Origin: Justusliebigvirus VEcB
DNA: 64,000 nucleotides
Strand: one strand, 5' to 3'
Sequence record: OZ035773.1
The translations under genes were made by a program, and so were the position numbers. The notes beneath the pieces were generated by a model that was given only the letters and a program-made list of their open reading frames with translations, was not told the origin of the DNA and did no database searches. This document shows, in pieces, positions 27,150 through 36,508 of this stretch. The first letter of the stretch is position 1; every line of letters begins with the position of its first letter.

Positions 27150-27812
27150 TTATTTAATATTCAATTTTGCACAAAGACGTTGTACCGCTTTGGCATCGAA
27201 CAAACTCCCACGAATAGTTCTCTTTCCTGATTCATTCAGATGCTTTGCAATCGTCATATATGGCGTTTTACAAGCTCTGTATGCAACTAAAGAATCTTTT
27301 AAAGAAAGCGCAAACTCTCTTGAGCGTTTTGCTTCTTCCGTTTTCGTATAGTCTGTTCTTTTGTATTTAGGGTTTGCTGCACCAAGAAGCGTTCCCTTCG
27401 CTTTTGCTACCTTAAGGCTCTTCTTAACACGATCAGATATTGCACGAGCCTCTTCTTCTGCCAGAACTGCTAAAATATTTATTATCATATTTTCAGCGGA
27501 GGGCATAGTTGCTATTCGTACATTAATCATCTCTAACAAGGTTGCAACAGAAGCTGTGTTACGTCCAAGACGGTCAACCTTAGCAACAACAAGTGTAGCA
27601 CCTGTTTCTTTGCAAAGATTAACAGCTTTTACAAGCTCTCTACGTTGCTTCCAATCGCCTTTACCCGAATAAAACTCTGCAAAGCTACCTATAATAGTAT
27701 AATTTTCTTGTGAATCCAGGAAGCGTTGAATATCTGCTTCCTGTGATTCTATACCATACTGGTTGCCTTGTTGTTTCTTCTTAGAAAGTCGATGATATAG
27801 TACAAACTTCAT
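27150..27812 (-). CDS. serine recombinase (resolvase/invertase family)
   Basis: YHRLSKKKQQ catalytic-Ser region and VAKVDRLGRN motif; AGGAGG RBS. Confidence 0.8.
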   Translation of the reverse strand: MKFVLYHRLSKKKQQGNQYGIESQEADIQRFLDSQENYTIIGSFAEFYSGKGDWKQRRELVKAVNLCKETGATLVVAKVDRLGRNTASVATLLEMINVRIATMPSAENMIINILAVLAEEEARAISDRVKKSLKVAKAKGTLLGAANPKYKRTDYTKTEEAKRSREFALSLKDSLVAYRACKTPYMTIAKHLNESGKRTIRGSLFDAKAVQRLCAKLNIK

Positions 27813-27869
27813 AATACCCTCCTGTTCTGTTACAGGAAGTATGCACTACCTTAATGTTAAAGTCAACAG

Positions 27870-28085
27870 TTAAGTAGTGGTAATATCATCCTCTTGAATA
27901 CCAGGGTCAACTTCTGCAAAGATAGCCTCTACAGGAATTTCTTCACCTGCTATTCTAGAAAGAAGCACTGAACCAATAGCTTTTGCGTGTTCTTCGGATT
28001 CCGCATAAACATTAGTTCCTGTGTCTTTTTTCTTAGTTTCGTTAAAATATACCAGATAGTAATTGTATGCCATTATTCTTCCCAA
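27870..28085 (-). CDS. hypothetical protein (71 aa)
   Basis: six-frame ORF. Confidence 0.4.
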   Translation of the reverse strand: MGRIMAYNYYLVYFNETKKKDTGTNVYAESEEHAKAIGSVLLSRIAGEEIPVEAIFAEVDPGIQEDDITTT

Positions 28086-28324
28086 TCGTTGTTACGAGCA
28101 CTTTCAAGAACCTTGACAACTTCTGCATACTCTACAGCTAAACCAGCGCACACTTCAGCTTGTTTTGCAATTGCTTGTTTAAAGAACATAGCGATTGCAA
28201 CACTCTGTGTTGTGTGAATGTTATCTGCTTTAGTTGATACATGAAGATCAAAATCTTCTTCATCAAAGGTGAGTTCCATAGTAACAATAAATTTCTCGGT
28301 CATAAAAATGCTCCTCTTAAACAA
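28073..28324 (-). CDS. hypothetical protein (83 aa)
   Basis: six-frame ORF. Confidence 0.4.
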   Translation of the reverse strand: MFKRSIFMTEKFIVTMELTFDEEDFDLHVSTKADNIHTTQSVAIAMFFKQAIAKQAEVCAGLAVEYAEVVKVLESARNNDWEE

Positions 28325-28826
28325 AATAGAAAGGTTGAGTTAAACCCAGCCTGTTTTTTGGGTCGTAGACGTACCAAGCATATGCTGTCTTATCAGTACC
28401 ACCTGCAACAAAAGATGGTCGTTCAGAAAGAACAATCAAATTTGTTGGTGGATTCTGTTTATGGAACTCCCTTCGTTTAATAGACTCTAGGAACCCAAGA
28501 CGCAACAAGTATATGCAAACGTCTGCTTCTTTTAAGCTCTTTTGCAAGAACTCAAGTGCAAGTTTGAATGGGGGATTTGTGATTATAATATCCGGCTTAG
28601 TATGCCATTCGTGGTTAAAATAATCTTTCCCTTCTTCTAACTCACAATATTCTGATCCTTCTGGAAAATGTTGATAAATTGCAGCAGCAGCGCCTTTACA
28701 CGGTTCTGCAAAAATAAAACCTTCTTCTTTAAGGTTATTAAAATCTATTACACTAAATAATGCATTTATACATTTTTGTGGAGTAGGATAGTAATCAGTT
28801 GGTGGACGATCATACTTATTTGCCAC
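28317..28826 (-). CDS. DNA N6-adenine methyltransferase (small)
   Basis: TNPPF catalytic motif with upstream DYYPTP. Confidence 0.65.
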   Translation of the reverse strand: MANKYDRPPTDYYPTPQKCINALFSVIDFNNLKEEGFIFAEPCKGAAAAIYQHFPEGSEYCELEEGKDYFNHEWHTKPDIIITNPPFKLALEFLQKSLKEADVCIYLLRLGFLESIKRREFHKQNPPTNLIVLSERPSFVAGGTDKTAYAWYVYDPKNRLGLTQPFYFV

Positions 28827-29244
28827 TACTTAAAATCTCCTCTTTTGTGATTTCAGGGTCTTCTTCAAAAACCATAATATCTCTTAAGAACGTTAATTCT
28901 TCCATAGATACTGGTATTGTATCTTCTTCTGTTTTTCGTTTACATAAATCGTCAAGAAAGTTTTTAAAGTTTTCTGACAAATCGTAAAATTTCAACAGTT
29001 GATAATCACAGGAGGAGATCCTATCTAGTTCTAACATTCTTTCTAAGATATTTTCTGTGTTGCCGTACAACACACGAACTTCTCCGAAAGGGTTGACTGA
29101 ATATTGTGAAGTTCTGAACCATCCCTTTTTAGATACAGTGTAACGCTGTTCTGCTAAACTTTCAATAAAATTTTTAGCTCTTTTACAGTTTTGTTCTAAA
29201 GAGTAGTAGGCTTTTTCTACAAAGATTACAGGTACTGGTAACAT
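28816..29244 (-). CDS. hypothetical protein (142 aa)
   Basis: six-frame ORF. Confidence 0.5.
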   Translation of the reverse strand: MLPVPVIFVEKAYYSLEQNCKRAKNFIESLAEQRYTVSKKGWFRTSQYSVNPFGEVRVLYGNTENILERMLELDRISSCDYQLLKFYDLSENFKNFLDDLCKRKTEEDTIPVSMEELTFLRDIMVFEEDPEITKEEILSSGK

Positions 29245-29258
29245 ATCTCCTCCTAATA

Positions 29259-29277
29259 ACCCCCGTGAGGGGGTTTA
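29259..29277 (-). terminator. rho-independent terminator after HslV-like gene
   Basis: ccccc-gtga-ggggg plus T run. Confidence 0.5.
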
Positions 29278-29284
29278 TGTTAGA

Positions 29285-29938
29285 TTAATTATCAGAGGAT
29301 ACTTTATCAAGTTTTTCAGAGACTGTCAATACTTTTTCTTGTGATTCTTTCATTTCTGCTAAAATACTTTCAGCTTCATCACTATCAGGATCACCAGTCA
29401 ACAGCATACTAATTAGTTGCTCCTTGCTGAAGTTCAGAATATCTTCCGCTGTTAGCTCCAGTTGTTCTTCAATCTCTTCGACAAAAGTTTCACCGCCTGA
29501 AAAAGCATCTCGTAGTTTTGCAACTTCCATCGCTTCTTCTGGGGTTGCCCCAGCATCTAAAGCTGCTAAAGCAAAATCTGCCCCACTACCAACAGCATAG
29601 TAATCTTCAGTTAAAGGATATGCTCGCGTTGGATTATTACCCTCGTGCATATAAATTTTACCGTCTGGGTGAACAACCAATGCCACAAACTCTTCATCTT
29701 CTTTATCAGGATCTGACTGGATCACCAAACCTGGGATTGTCTCTTGTGCTGCCTGGCACTGTAAGTTTTGTTCGAACCAAGAAAAGAAAGTCAGGATAGA
29801 AGACAGACGTCCTGCACCACCAACAAGGTAATCCCCAATTTTACGCACTTTCTTAAAATTTAAAGTGTCTACTCGATTACCTACTGTTACTTTACCGTCA
29901 GATAGAATTTTGTTATGTGTTGCAATAATTGTTGTCAT
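29285..29938 (-). CDS. HslV-like Ntn-hydrolase peptidase with acidic C-terminal extension
   Basis: N-terminal MTTII (Thr nucleophile after Met), GGAGRLSSILTFF, YAVGSGADFALAALDAG align with HslV. Confidence 0.7.
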   Translation of the reverse strand: MTTIIATHNKILSDGKVTVGNRVDTLNFKKVRKIGDYLVGGAGRLSSILTFFSWFEQNLQCQAAQETIPGLVIQSDPDKEDEEFVALVVHPDGKIYMHEGNNPTRAYPLTEDYYAVGSGADFALAALDAGATPEEAMEVAKLRDAFSGGETFVEEIEEQLELTAEDILNFSKEQLISMLLTGDPDSDEAESILAEMKESQEKVLTVSEKLDKVSSDN

Positions 29939-30429
29939 TGTACTTCCTCCTGTAGTGTTTTAAGGACTGCTTTACCACCGCTTACATACTTACGGAGGTA
30001 ATCAATAGCTCTTAGTGTTTCTTTATCCACAAGAATTTTATTAGTTCTTGTCAATGGATGATTCAGTAAGTCACTGCAATTTCTTACTAACATAGATTTC
30101 TTGTGAAAGATACTGCTAAGAAAAAGAAGTTTAGAATCTTCTTCATCAATCAGGAGTAATTCTGAATTAGACCCAGCTACATTTATTATACACTCAAACA
30201 AGCCTTCTTGACTATCAGATAATTCCTGGTAATATTTAGTTAGCCAATCCTCTCCTTTTAACCAACTAAAAAACATCTGAACTTTTTGCAAAGTTGTCAT
30301 GTTCTCTAAACGAAGAGATATTTCTTTTTCAATCTTGTCAATATAAATCTGTCTAAACTCATTCGGCTTAACTAAGCCAGCTTGATAGCATTCATCAATA
30401 CCATTGCGATCAATCTCAATTAGCGTCAT
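29935..30429 (-). CDS. hypothetical protein (164 aa), translationally coupled to HslV-like gene
   Basis: 4 nt overlap with downstream gene. Confidence 0.5.
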   Translation of the reverse strand: MTLIEIDRNGIDECYQAGLVKPNEFRQIYIDKIEKEISLRLENMTTLQKVQMFFSWLKGEDWLTKYYQELSDSQEGLFECIINVAGSNSELLLIDEEDSKLLFLSSIFHKKSMLVRNCSDLLNHPLTRTNKILVDKETLRAIDYLRKYVSGGKAVLKTLQEEVQ

Positions 30430-30465
30430 TTAACCTCCATAATAGGCATCCTTGCCTTGTAATTA

Positions 30466-31218
30466 TTAATATACTTCCGTGATGAACTGAGACAAACGGG
30501 AACGTTGGTTATCAGCAGTTGTCATTTCAACATAACCAATAAAATCTACAATAGCTTCCCTTTCTCCTTCTTCGTTAATAGGAACAACACGATCTAACAA
30601 ATCACCTAACCCGTTAGCTCTTCGTTTAATTGCATATGTTTGATTAACATCGCCCATAATGACAATACGTGTATTAAGACCTGCTCGCTCAAGGAGAAGT
30701 TTTACTGTGTTTGGTGACATAAGTTGAACTTCATCAATAAGAATAATGCTGTTATCCCACGTAGCACCTAGTGCATAGTTCGGAATATTAAGTTCAATTT
30801 TGCCACTTGCAATATCGTTTTCCAATTTATTTGCAGTCATAAACTGTTGGAAAATTCTTTTAGTTGACTCGTAGTGTGCTGCTAGTTTATCAGTCTTATC
30901 TCCAGATAAGAAACCGATTTGGTCATCACCTACTTCTGTCGGGTTTTTAAGGAAAATCAACTTTCTGAAGTCACCAGCTTTAAGCATTTGCAATGCTTTC
31001 CATAGTGCTGTTGTCGTTTTTCCTGTTCCTGCTGGGGCATTAACAATGGTTAAATCATTCCAAACCATGCTTCTTACAATAGCTTCTTGATTCCCAACAG
31101 GGGTAAATTCATCAAGACGGTAATCATCATTTCCTACTGCTTTAGCCGCATAACGACTGGCACGTTTGTCATCATTGGCTGCTGATTGACGACGAGCCTT
31201 TGCGGTTTTATTTCCCAT
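30466..31218 (-). CDS. phoH: PhoH-like ATPase
   Basis: Walker A NAPAGTGKTT, Walker B ILIDEVQ, IMGDVNQ. Confidence 0.85.
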   Translation of the reverse strand: MGNKTAKARRQSAANDDKRASRYAAKAVGNDDYRLDEFTPVGNQEAIVRSMVWNDLTIVNAPAGTGKTTTALWKALQMLKAGDFRKLIFLKNPTEVGDDQIGFLSGDKTDKLAAHYESTKRIFQQFMTANKLENDIASGKIELNIPNYALGATWDNSIILIDEVQLMSPNTVKLLLERAGLNTRIVIMGDVNQTYAIKRRANGLGDLLDRVVPINEEGEREAIVDFIGYVEMTTADNQRSRLSQFITEVY

Positions 31219-31233
31219 GTTTGCACTCCTTAT

Positions 31234-31255
31234 AAAAGGGGCTTTCGCCCCTTTG
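31234..31255 (-). terminator. rho-independent terminator
   Basis: ggggc-tttc-gcccc plus T run. Confidence 0.55.
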
Positions 31256-31256
31256 T

Positions 31257-31757
31257 TTAGTTATAAGCGTCTAATGTTCCAGTTTTAAGCACCTGAATTA
31301 CACGCTCTGCGCGATTAGGCGTTTGGCGATACCATTTACTTTTACGTAAATTTATAGAGGCTTGAGTATAATATGAATTACTCACTAAAGTCAAGCTATT
31401 TTTGAAAGATTCTGCACCTTTCAATCCCATTTGAAATACCATATTAATAATAGCCATTTTACGATTAGGACTTACTTTATCGTAAATAGGAGATAATATG
31501 GTGCTTGAATGGATTTGTTGTATCGCTTTCTTTACGTCACTCTCAAAGATTCTTCTAGCTTCCGCTTCAGTAATAACTCCATTGGTTTTTCTACCTACTA
31601 AGTTATCAAGAATGCGTATAGCTTCTGCTTTATCTTTGAGTTTTGTCAGAAGGTGTCCAATACCAACTGTCCAATACCCTTCGGTATCAGGATATACAGT
31701 TAGCTTTAGTCCTTCATCAAAACGTAACATATCAAACACATCAACTACTTTAGCCAT
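31257..31757 (-). CDS. T4-type lysozyme (endolysin, glycoside hydrolase)
   Basis: FDMLRFDEGLKLTVYPDTEGYWTVGIGHL matches T4 lysozyme N-terminus. Confidence 0.85.
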   Translation of the reverse strand: MAKVVDVFDMLRFDEGLKLTVYPDTEGYWTVGIGHLLTKLKDKAEAIRILDNLVGRKTNGVITEAEARRIFESDVKKAIQQIHSSTILSPIYDKVSPNRKMAIINMVFQMGLKGAESFKNSLTLVSNSYYTQASINLRKSKWYRQTPNRAERVIQVLKTGTLDAYN

Positions 31758-31769
31758 GTTTTCCTTATA

Positions 31770-31913
31770 TTAGTCGCCCTCCCCATGATCTAGCTCTTGA
31801 AACAGTAGGTGTTCAGGAGACATTTCACGTTTAGGCTTCGTCTTTTTAGTTTGGGACTTAAGCTCTGTTGCCAAAGCACGAGAAAAGATCTTACGTTTCT
31901 GTTTACCTTTCAT
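31770..31913 (-). CDS. small basic hypothetical protein (47 aa)
   Basis: manual translation; not in track. Confidence 0.25.
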   Translation of the reverse strand: MKGKQKRKIFSRALATELKSQTKKTKPKREMSPEHLLFQELDHGEGD

Positions 31914-31917
31914 ATTG

Positions 31918-32184
31918 TTACTCCGCAATCTGAGCCATGAATTCACGTAGTTCAGAAAAACCTCCTACGTGGGTTAGCTGTTCACCATCTTCCACAAAAA
32001 TCTGAGGAAATGTGCGTGGTAGAACACCTGTTTTCTCTAAAACCAGATTCTGAATCTGATCTAAAGAATAGTCTTCATCTAAGGTAAGGTATTTAAAATC
32101 CTGTTCACGCTGTTCTAGTAGAATCTTAGCGTTAGTGCAGAAAGGACAATTTGGTTTACCGTAGATAATAAAATTCATTTTCAC
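31918..32184 (-). CDS. glutaredoxin (NrdC-like redoxin)
   Basis: CPFC active-site motif; 88 aa. Confidence 0.75.
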   Translation of the reverse strand: MKMNFIIYGKPNCPFCTNAKILLEQREQDFKYLTLDEDYSLDQIQNLVLEKTGVLPRTFPQIFVEDGEQLTHVGGFSELREFMAQIAE

Positions 32185-33011
32185 TCCTTGTTTAAAAGTA
32201 TAGTTAAAGTTCTTACAATACCGCTATCAACACTTCGCGGATTTAAAGTAGGATCTGTTTTTAAATAAGATGTTGCTGGTCTGACTGCTTTGGAATTATA
32301 GGTTGAAGCAGACACAGGATTAACTGTAACAGATAAATCTATAACAAGAAATATCTTACGTGCAAAATCATACCAAGAAATATAATCTGCACCTGCATAG
32401 TGTACAATTTTACTATTTACACCATCTTTTACAAGTTTAAAAATTGTTTCTGCAAGATCAGGTGCATAAGTAGGACATGACAAATGATCACATACTACAT
32501 TAAATTCTTTTTGACCACCGTTGTAGCGTTCCAACATAGTTTTCAAAAAGTTATGTCCAAATTCACTATAAACAGAAGCTGTTCTGATAATAAGTGCTGT
32601 AGGACAAACTGTTTGTACTAAAGTTTCACCTAATTGTTTACTGTAACCGTAGGTGTTCAAGGGGTTTGTTTTACTATCTTCTGTGCCAGCAACATGCCCA
32701 TCAAAAACATAGTCTGTTGAAATATGTACAAACTGTATCAGTAAATCATTACATGCTTTGGCAATGTTTGTTGCACCGTATGCATTAACATTTATACAGG
32801 TGTTAACATCTTCTTCAGCTTTATCTACTGCCGTGTAAGCCGCACAATTCACAACAACATCAGGCACATGCTGTACAAGACTATTCATAACATCTTTAAA
32901 GTTGGTAATGTCTACATCACTTGCTTCAATCAAAATAACATCTTCGGGCGCAACTTTTGCCAAAGACTGTCCTAATTGACCTTTTGAACCAAAGATTAAA
33001 AATTTTGTCAA
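32181..33011 (-). CDS. rmlD: dTDP-4-dehydrorhamnose reductase
   Basis: N-terminal GxxGQLG Rossmann motif; YTAVD; operon position. Confidence 0.8.
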   Translation of the reverse strand: MTKFLIFGSKGQLGQSLAKVAPEDVILIEASDVDITNFKDVMNSLVQHVPDVVVNCAAYTAVDKAEEDVNTCINVNAYGATNIAKACNDLLIQFVHISTDYVFDGHVAGTEDSKTNPLNTYGYSKQLGETLVQTVCPTALIIRTASVYSEFGHNFLKTMLERYNGGQKEFNVVCDHLSCPTYAPDLAETIFKLVKDGVNSKIVHYAGADYISWYDFARKIFLVIDLSVTVNPVSASTYNSKAVRPATSYLKTDPTLNPRSVDSGIVRTLTILLNKE

Positions 33012-33562
33012 AATATGATCTCCTTTAGTGTTTTGGCTTGCTGATCTTTTTGTGACAAGATAGGTTTAAAATTAATATCATTAAAGATTAAATCAAAACC
33101 CCAATCAATATTGATATCTGGATCATTCCACGCAAGACTACACTCTGAAGTCGGATCGTAATATTCTGTACATTTATATTCAAAATCAGCAATGTCACTA
33201 ATCACAACAAAGCCATGAGCGAAACCAGGAGGAATCCAAAATTGTGTTTTATTCTTTTCAGATAAGAGAACACCTACCCATTCTCCAAATGTTGGACTAC
33301 CAACTCTAATATCCACAGCAACATCATAAACTTCACCACGAACACAACGTACTAACTTCCCTTGTGGGTTTTTCTTTTGAAAATGAAGCCCACGTAGAAC
33401 TCCTCGGATAGAACGTGAATGGTTATCTTGGACAAAGTTTTGTTTACCTATGTATTGATCATATAAAGCCTGATTAAAACTTTCTAAGAAAAAACCACGT
33501 TCATCTCCGTAAACGTCTGGTTGAATGATCAACAAATCTTCGATTTTTGTTGCTTGAATCAT
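33008..33562 (-). CDS. rmlC: dTDP-4-dehydrorhamnose 3,5-epimerase
   Basis: cupin-type RGLHFQ region; size and operon position. Confidence 0.8.
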   Translation of the reverse strand: MIQATKIEDLLIIQPDVYGDERGFFLESFNQALYDQYIGKQNFVQDNHSRSIRGVLRGLHFQKKNPQGKLVRCVRGEVYDVAVDIRVGSPTFGEWVGVLLSEKNKTQFWIPPGFAHGFVVISDIADFEYKCTEYYDPTSECSLAWNDPDINIDWGFDLIFNDINFKPILSQKDQQAKTLKEIIF

Positions 33563-33574
33563 TTAATCTCCCCT

Positions 33575-34444
33575 TTATTTTAATTTAAGTAAATACTTGC
33601 CGTAGTCTGTTTTACTTAAAACCTCTCCAGAACTTTTTACAGAATCTAAAGTAATCCATTCATTTTTAAAAGCAATCTCTTCTAGGCATGCAACCTTCAT
33701 ACCTTGTTGCTTTTCTATTGCATGAACAAATTGAGATGCTTCCATAAGACTTTCATGTGTTCCTGTATCCAGCCAAGTGAAACCTCTTCCTAGCTTACAG
33801 ACACGTAAAGCCTTTTCTTTCCAGTACATCTCATTTATATCTGTGATCTCTAACTCTCCTCTAGCAGAAGGCTTAACGCTTTTAGCTTTCTGTATAACAG
33901 AATTATCGTAAAAGTACAAGCCTGTAATTGCATAGTTGCTTTTTGGTGCTTTTGGTTTTTCTTCAATACTTACCACTGTACCTTCAGAATCAAACTCAAC
34001 AACACCAAATCTTTCAGGATCATTTACGTGATACCCAAAAATATTAGCTCCACCATTCTTTTCAATATGTTCTTTAGCAGAATCTAAAATGCTACCAAAA
34101 CTCTGACCAAAGAATAAATTATCACCTAGCACAAGTGCTACAGAATCTTCACCAATAAAGTTCTCACCAATAATAAACGCTTCTGCTAAACCTTTTGGGC
34201 TATCCTGTATTGCATACTGTAGGGAAATACCAAAAGAAGAACCGTCACCTAGAAGATTTACAAAATTAATTTGATCTTCTGGTGTTGTAATTATTAGTAT
34301 TTCCCTAATTCCAGAAAGCATTAGGACAGAGAGTGGATAATAAATCATAGGTTTATCGTAAATTGGTAATAGTTGTTTACTAACCCCTTTAGTAACTGGG
34401 TAAAGTCTTGTTCCACTACCACCTGCTAAGATAATACCTTTCAT
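33575..34444 (-). CDS. rmlA: glucose-1-phosphate thymidylyltransferase
   Basis: [16 protein letters not shown] signature. Confidence 0.85.
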   Translation of the reverse strand: MKGIILAGGSGTRLYPVTKGVSKQLLPIYDKPMIYYPLSVLMLSGIREILIITTPEDQINFVNLLGDGSSFGISLQYAIQDSPKGLAEAFIIGENFIGEDSVALVLGDNLFFGQSFGSILDSAKEHIEKNGGANIFGYHVNDPERFGVVEFDSEGTVVSIEEKPKAPKSNYAITGLYFYDNSVIQKAKSVKPSARGELEITDINEMYWKEKALRVCKLGRGFTWLDTGTHESLMEASQFVHAIEKQQGMKVACLEEIAFKNEWITLDSVKSSGEVLSKTDYGKYLLKLK

Positions 34445-34452
34445 ACTCCTCC

Positions 34453-35442
34453 TTAAACTTTATTTTCCCACCACTCTTTGTTATCTACATACCAATCAAT
34501 GGTTGAATAAAGTTTTTCTTCAAATGTGCCTTTAGCTTTCCACCCTAATTCCTTTTCAATCTTATAAGGATTCACTTCATATCTTAGATCATGCCCAGGC
34601 CTATCTGTAACCATCTCAATGAGGCTACAAGCATCTGTTTCAGATGGATATACCGCATCCATATAATCACAAATCATATAGATTACATCAATATTAGTTC
34701 TAGGGTTTCTGCTCCCAATATTATATGTTTCTCCAGATTTGCCTTTAGTTACTACTAGGTGTAATGCTTCTGCGTGATCGTCAACGTATAGCCAGTCTCT
34801 TACTTGAAGACCATTGCCATAAACAGGGATTGGTTTATTCATTAAGATATTTGTTATCGTCTTAGGTATTAGTTTTTCTGGATGATGATACGCTCCAAAA
34901 TTATTTGAACAATTTGTTATAACTGTCGGAATACCATAAGTACGATGCCACGCTCTTACCAAATGATCGCTTGCAGCTTTAGATGCGGCATATGGACTAC
35001 TTGGTTTATAAGGATTCTGTTCTGTAAACGGATAATCCCCTTCTTCCATATCACCATACACTTCATCTGTTGAAATATGATGAAACATTTTAAGATTTGA
35101 TTTATCTCCCATTAAACGAACAGCTTCTAGAAGATTAAATGTTCCAACGATATTTGAATTTATAAAAACACTCGGTGATGCTATTGAATTATCTACGTGA
35201 CTTTCTGCTGCAAGATGCATTATATAATCTGGGTTAACATCTGCCACAATCTTAGCAGTTAACTGAGCATTTGTCAAGTCAACACGACAAAACTTTACAT
35301 TAGGTGTTTCTGATAAATTTCTAGGGTCTGAAGCGTAACCCCATTTATCTATAACGTAAATATCATTCTTAGTATTTTTAGCCAGGAAACGAACTACTGC
35401 ACTTCCAATAAAACCTAAACCACCTGTTACTAAGTATTTCAT
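34453..35442 (-). CDS. rmlB: dTDP-glucose 4,6-dehydratase
   Basis: TGGLGFIGS Rossmann motif; YAASK catalytic motif. Confidence 0.85.
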   Translation of the reverse strand: MKYLVTGGLGFIGSAVVRFLAKNTKNDIYVIDKWGYASDPRNLSETPNVKFCRVDLTNAQLTAKIVADVNPDYIMHLAAESHVDNSIASPSVFINSNIVGTFNLLEAVRLMGDKSNLKMFHHISTDEVYGDMEEGDYPFTEQNPYKPSSPYAASKAASDHLVRAWHRTYGIPTVITNCSNNFGAYHHPEKLIPKTITNILMNKPIPVYGNGLQVRDWLYVDDHAEALHLVVTKGKSGETYNIGSRNPRTNIDVIYMICDYMDAVYPSETDACSLIEMVTDRPGHDLRYEVNPYKIEKELGWKAKGTFEEKLYSTIDWYVDNKEWWENKV

Positions 35443-35636
35443 TTAGTCTCCTTCCAATTATTCCCTTCAGTAAAAATAATACCTTCATAAAACAACCATC
35501 TGGAACCTTTTTCAACAGGAACAGGAATCTCTTCTTCAGTAAAGTTATAAACCTCTCTAGCATCTTCTAAAAGTGATGCAAATGTTTTTGGACTTACTGT
35601 TACGCGAGGAGCATTGATCAGTTGATCTAGCATCAT
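35439..35636 (-). CDS. hypothetical protein (66 aa)
   Basis: track ORF 35439..35729 trimmed to internal ATG with AGGAGG RBS. Confidence 0.4.
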   Translation of the reverse strand: MMLDQLINAPRVTVSPKTFASLLEDAREVYNFTEEEIPVPVEKGSRWLFYEGIIFTEGNNWKETK

Positions 35637-35649
35637 TCTACTATCCTCC

Positions 35650-35976
35650 TTACCAAACGTGTTGAGAAATAATAGTTTCCGTTTCAATGTTATATTTTTC
35701 AAGAAGTTGTGCATAGGCTTCTTTTGCATTCTTATTTAGTTGCTCAAGATCTACAGCTACACTTCCTTCGCCACCTTCTAAATAAATCCCATATATGCAA
35801 TAAGATGCATCAGCGTCATAGAAAGGTGAGATACGGCTTAAATCAAGACCTTCTTGTAAGAACCAATTAAAATCTCCATCAAATTCTTCTTCAATTCTAG
35901 GATCTTCTCCTACAGCCTCTTCCCATTTATTAAAAGGTGCGCCCTGTAACATACGCCATTCAATATTAGTTCCCAT
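35650..35976 (-). CDS. hypothetical acidic protein (108 aa)
   Basis: six-frame ORF. Confidence 0.45.
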   Translation of the reverse strand: MGTNIEWRMLQGAPFNKWEEAVGEDPRIEEEFDGDFNWFLQEGLDLSRISPFYDADASYCIYGIYLEGGEGSVAVDLEQLNKNAKEAYAQLLEKYNIETETIISQHVW

Positions 35977-36112
35977 TATCTTCCTCCTCTTCTTTTTCTT
36001 CCGTGTGAACGAAGCCTAAACCGTTACAATTCCAACACGGAATAAATTGTTCCATACTAACAATAAAATTCCCAGTACCACCGCAGATAGGACAAATACT
36101 TACATCGTCCAT
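35969..36112 (-). CDS. small zinc-ribbon protein (47 aa)
   Basis: CPICGG...CWNC by manual translation; not in track. Confidence 0.35.
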
Positions 36113-36114
36113 TA

Positions 36115-36321
36115 TTAAAGCTCCTCAATCTTTTCTAACATCTGTTTTAACTCATTCTCTGTTAATAGAATTTCTGTGATACCATCATAAGTTTCTACCA
36201 TCAGAGTAAAACATTTCTCTCCATCTGAACATACAAAAGCACCACCTTCCTCTTCTGTTAAGTCAGAATTAATATCTACATCAACAAAATCAATCATCTT
36301 TTTCTCCTTTGATAATTTCAA
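36115..36321 (-). CDS. hypothetical protein (68 aa)
   Basis: six-frame ORF. Confidence 0.4.
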   Translation of the reverse strand: MKLSKEKKMIDFVDVDINSDLTEEEGGAFVCSDGEKCFTLMVETYDGITEILLTENELKQMLEKIEEL

Positions 36322-36508
36322 ACTTGGCTACACCATTAACTATAATATGACCGCAAGACAGAACTCCTAGCCAATGATCACCATTCTTTTTTAAACGTTT
36401 ACCGTAAACATCACAGAAACCATTCTGTAATTCGGAAGCCTCGTAAGAGGCTCCCTTTTCGAAAACGTCTTTGAAGTCAGAAATTAATCCAACACAAAGT
36501 AGTTTCAT
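36290..36508 (-). CDS. hypothetical protein (72 aa)
   Basis: six-frame ORF. Confidence 0.4.
   Translation of the reverse strand: MKLLCVGLISDFKDVFEKGASYEASELQNGFCDVYGKRLKKNGDHWLGVLSCGHIIVNGVAKFEIIKGEKDD

Noticed and set aside
27150-27812. Serine recombinase as evidence of a temperate phage or prophage boundary
   Set aside because: No tyrosine or large serine integrase, repressor or att-like repeats seen; surrounding genes are typical of virulent T4-like phages.
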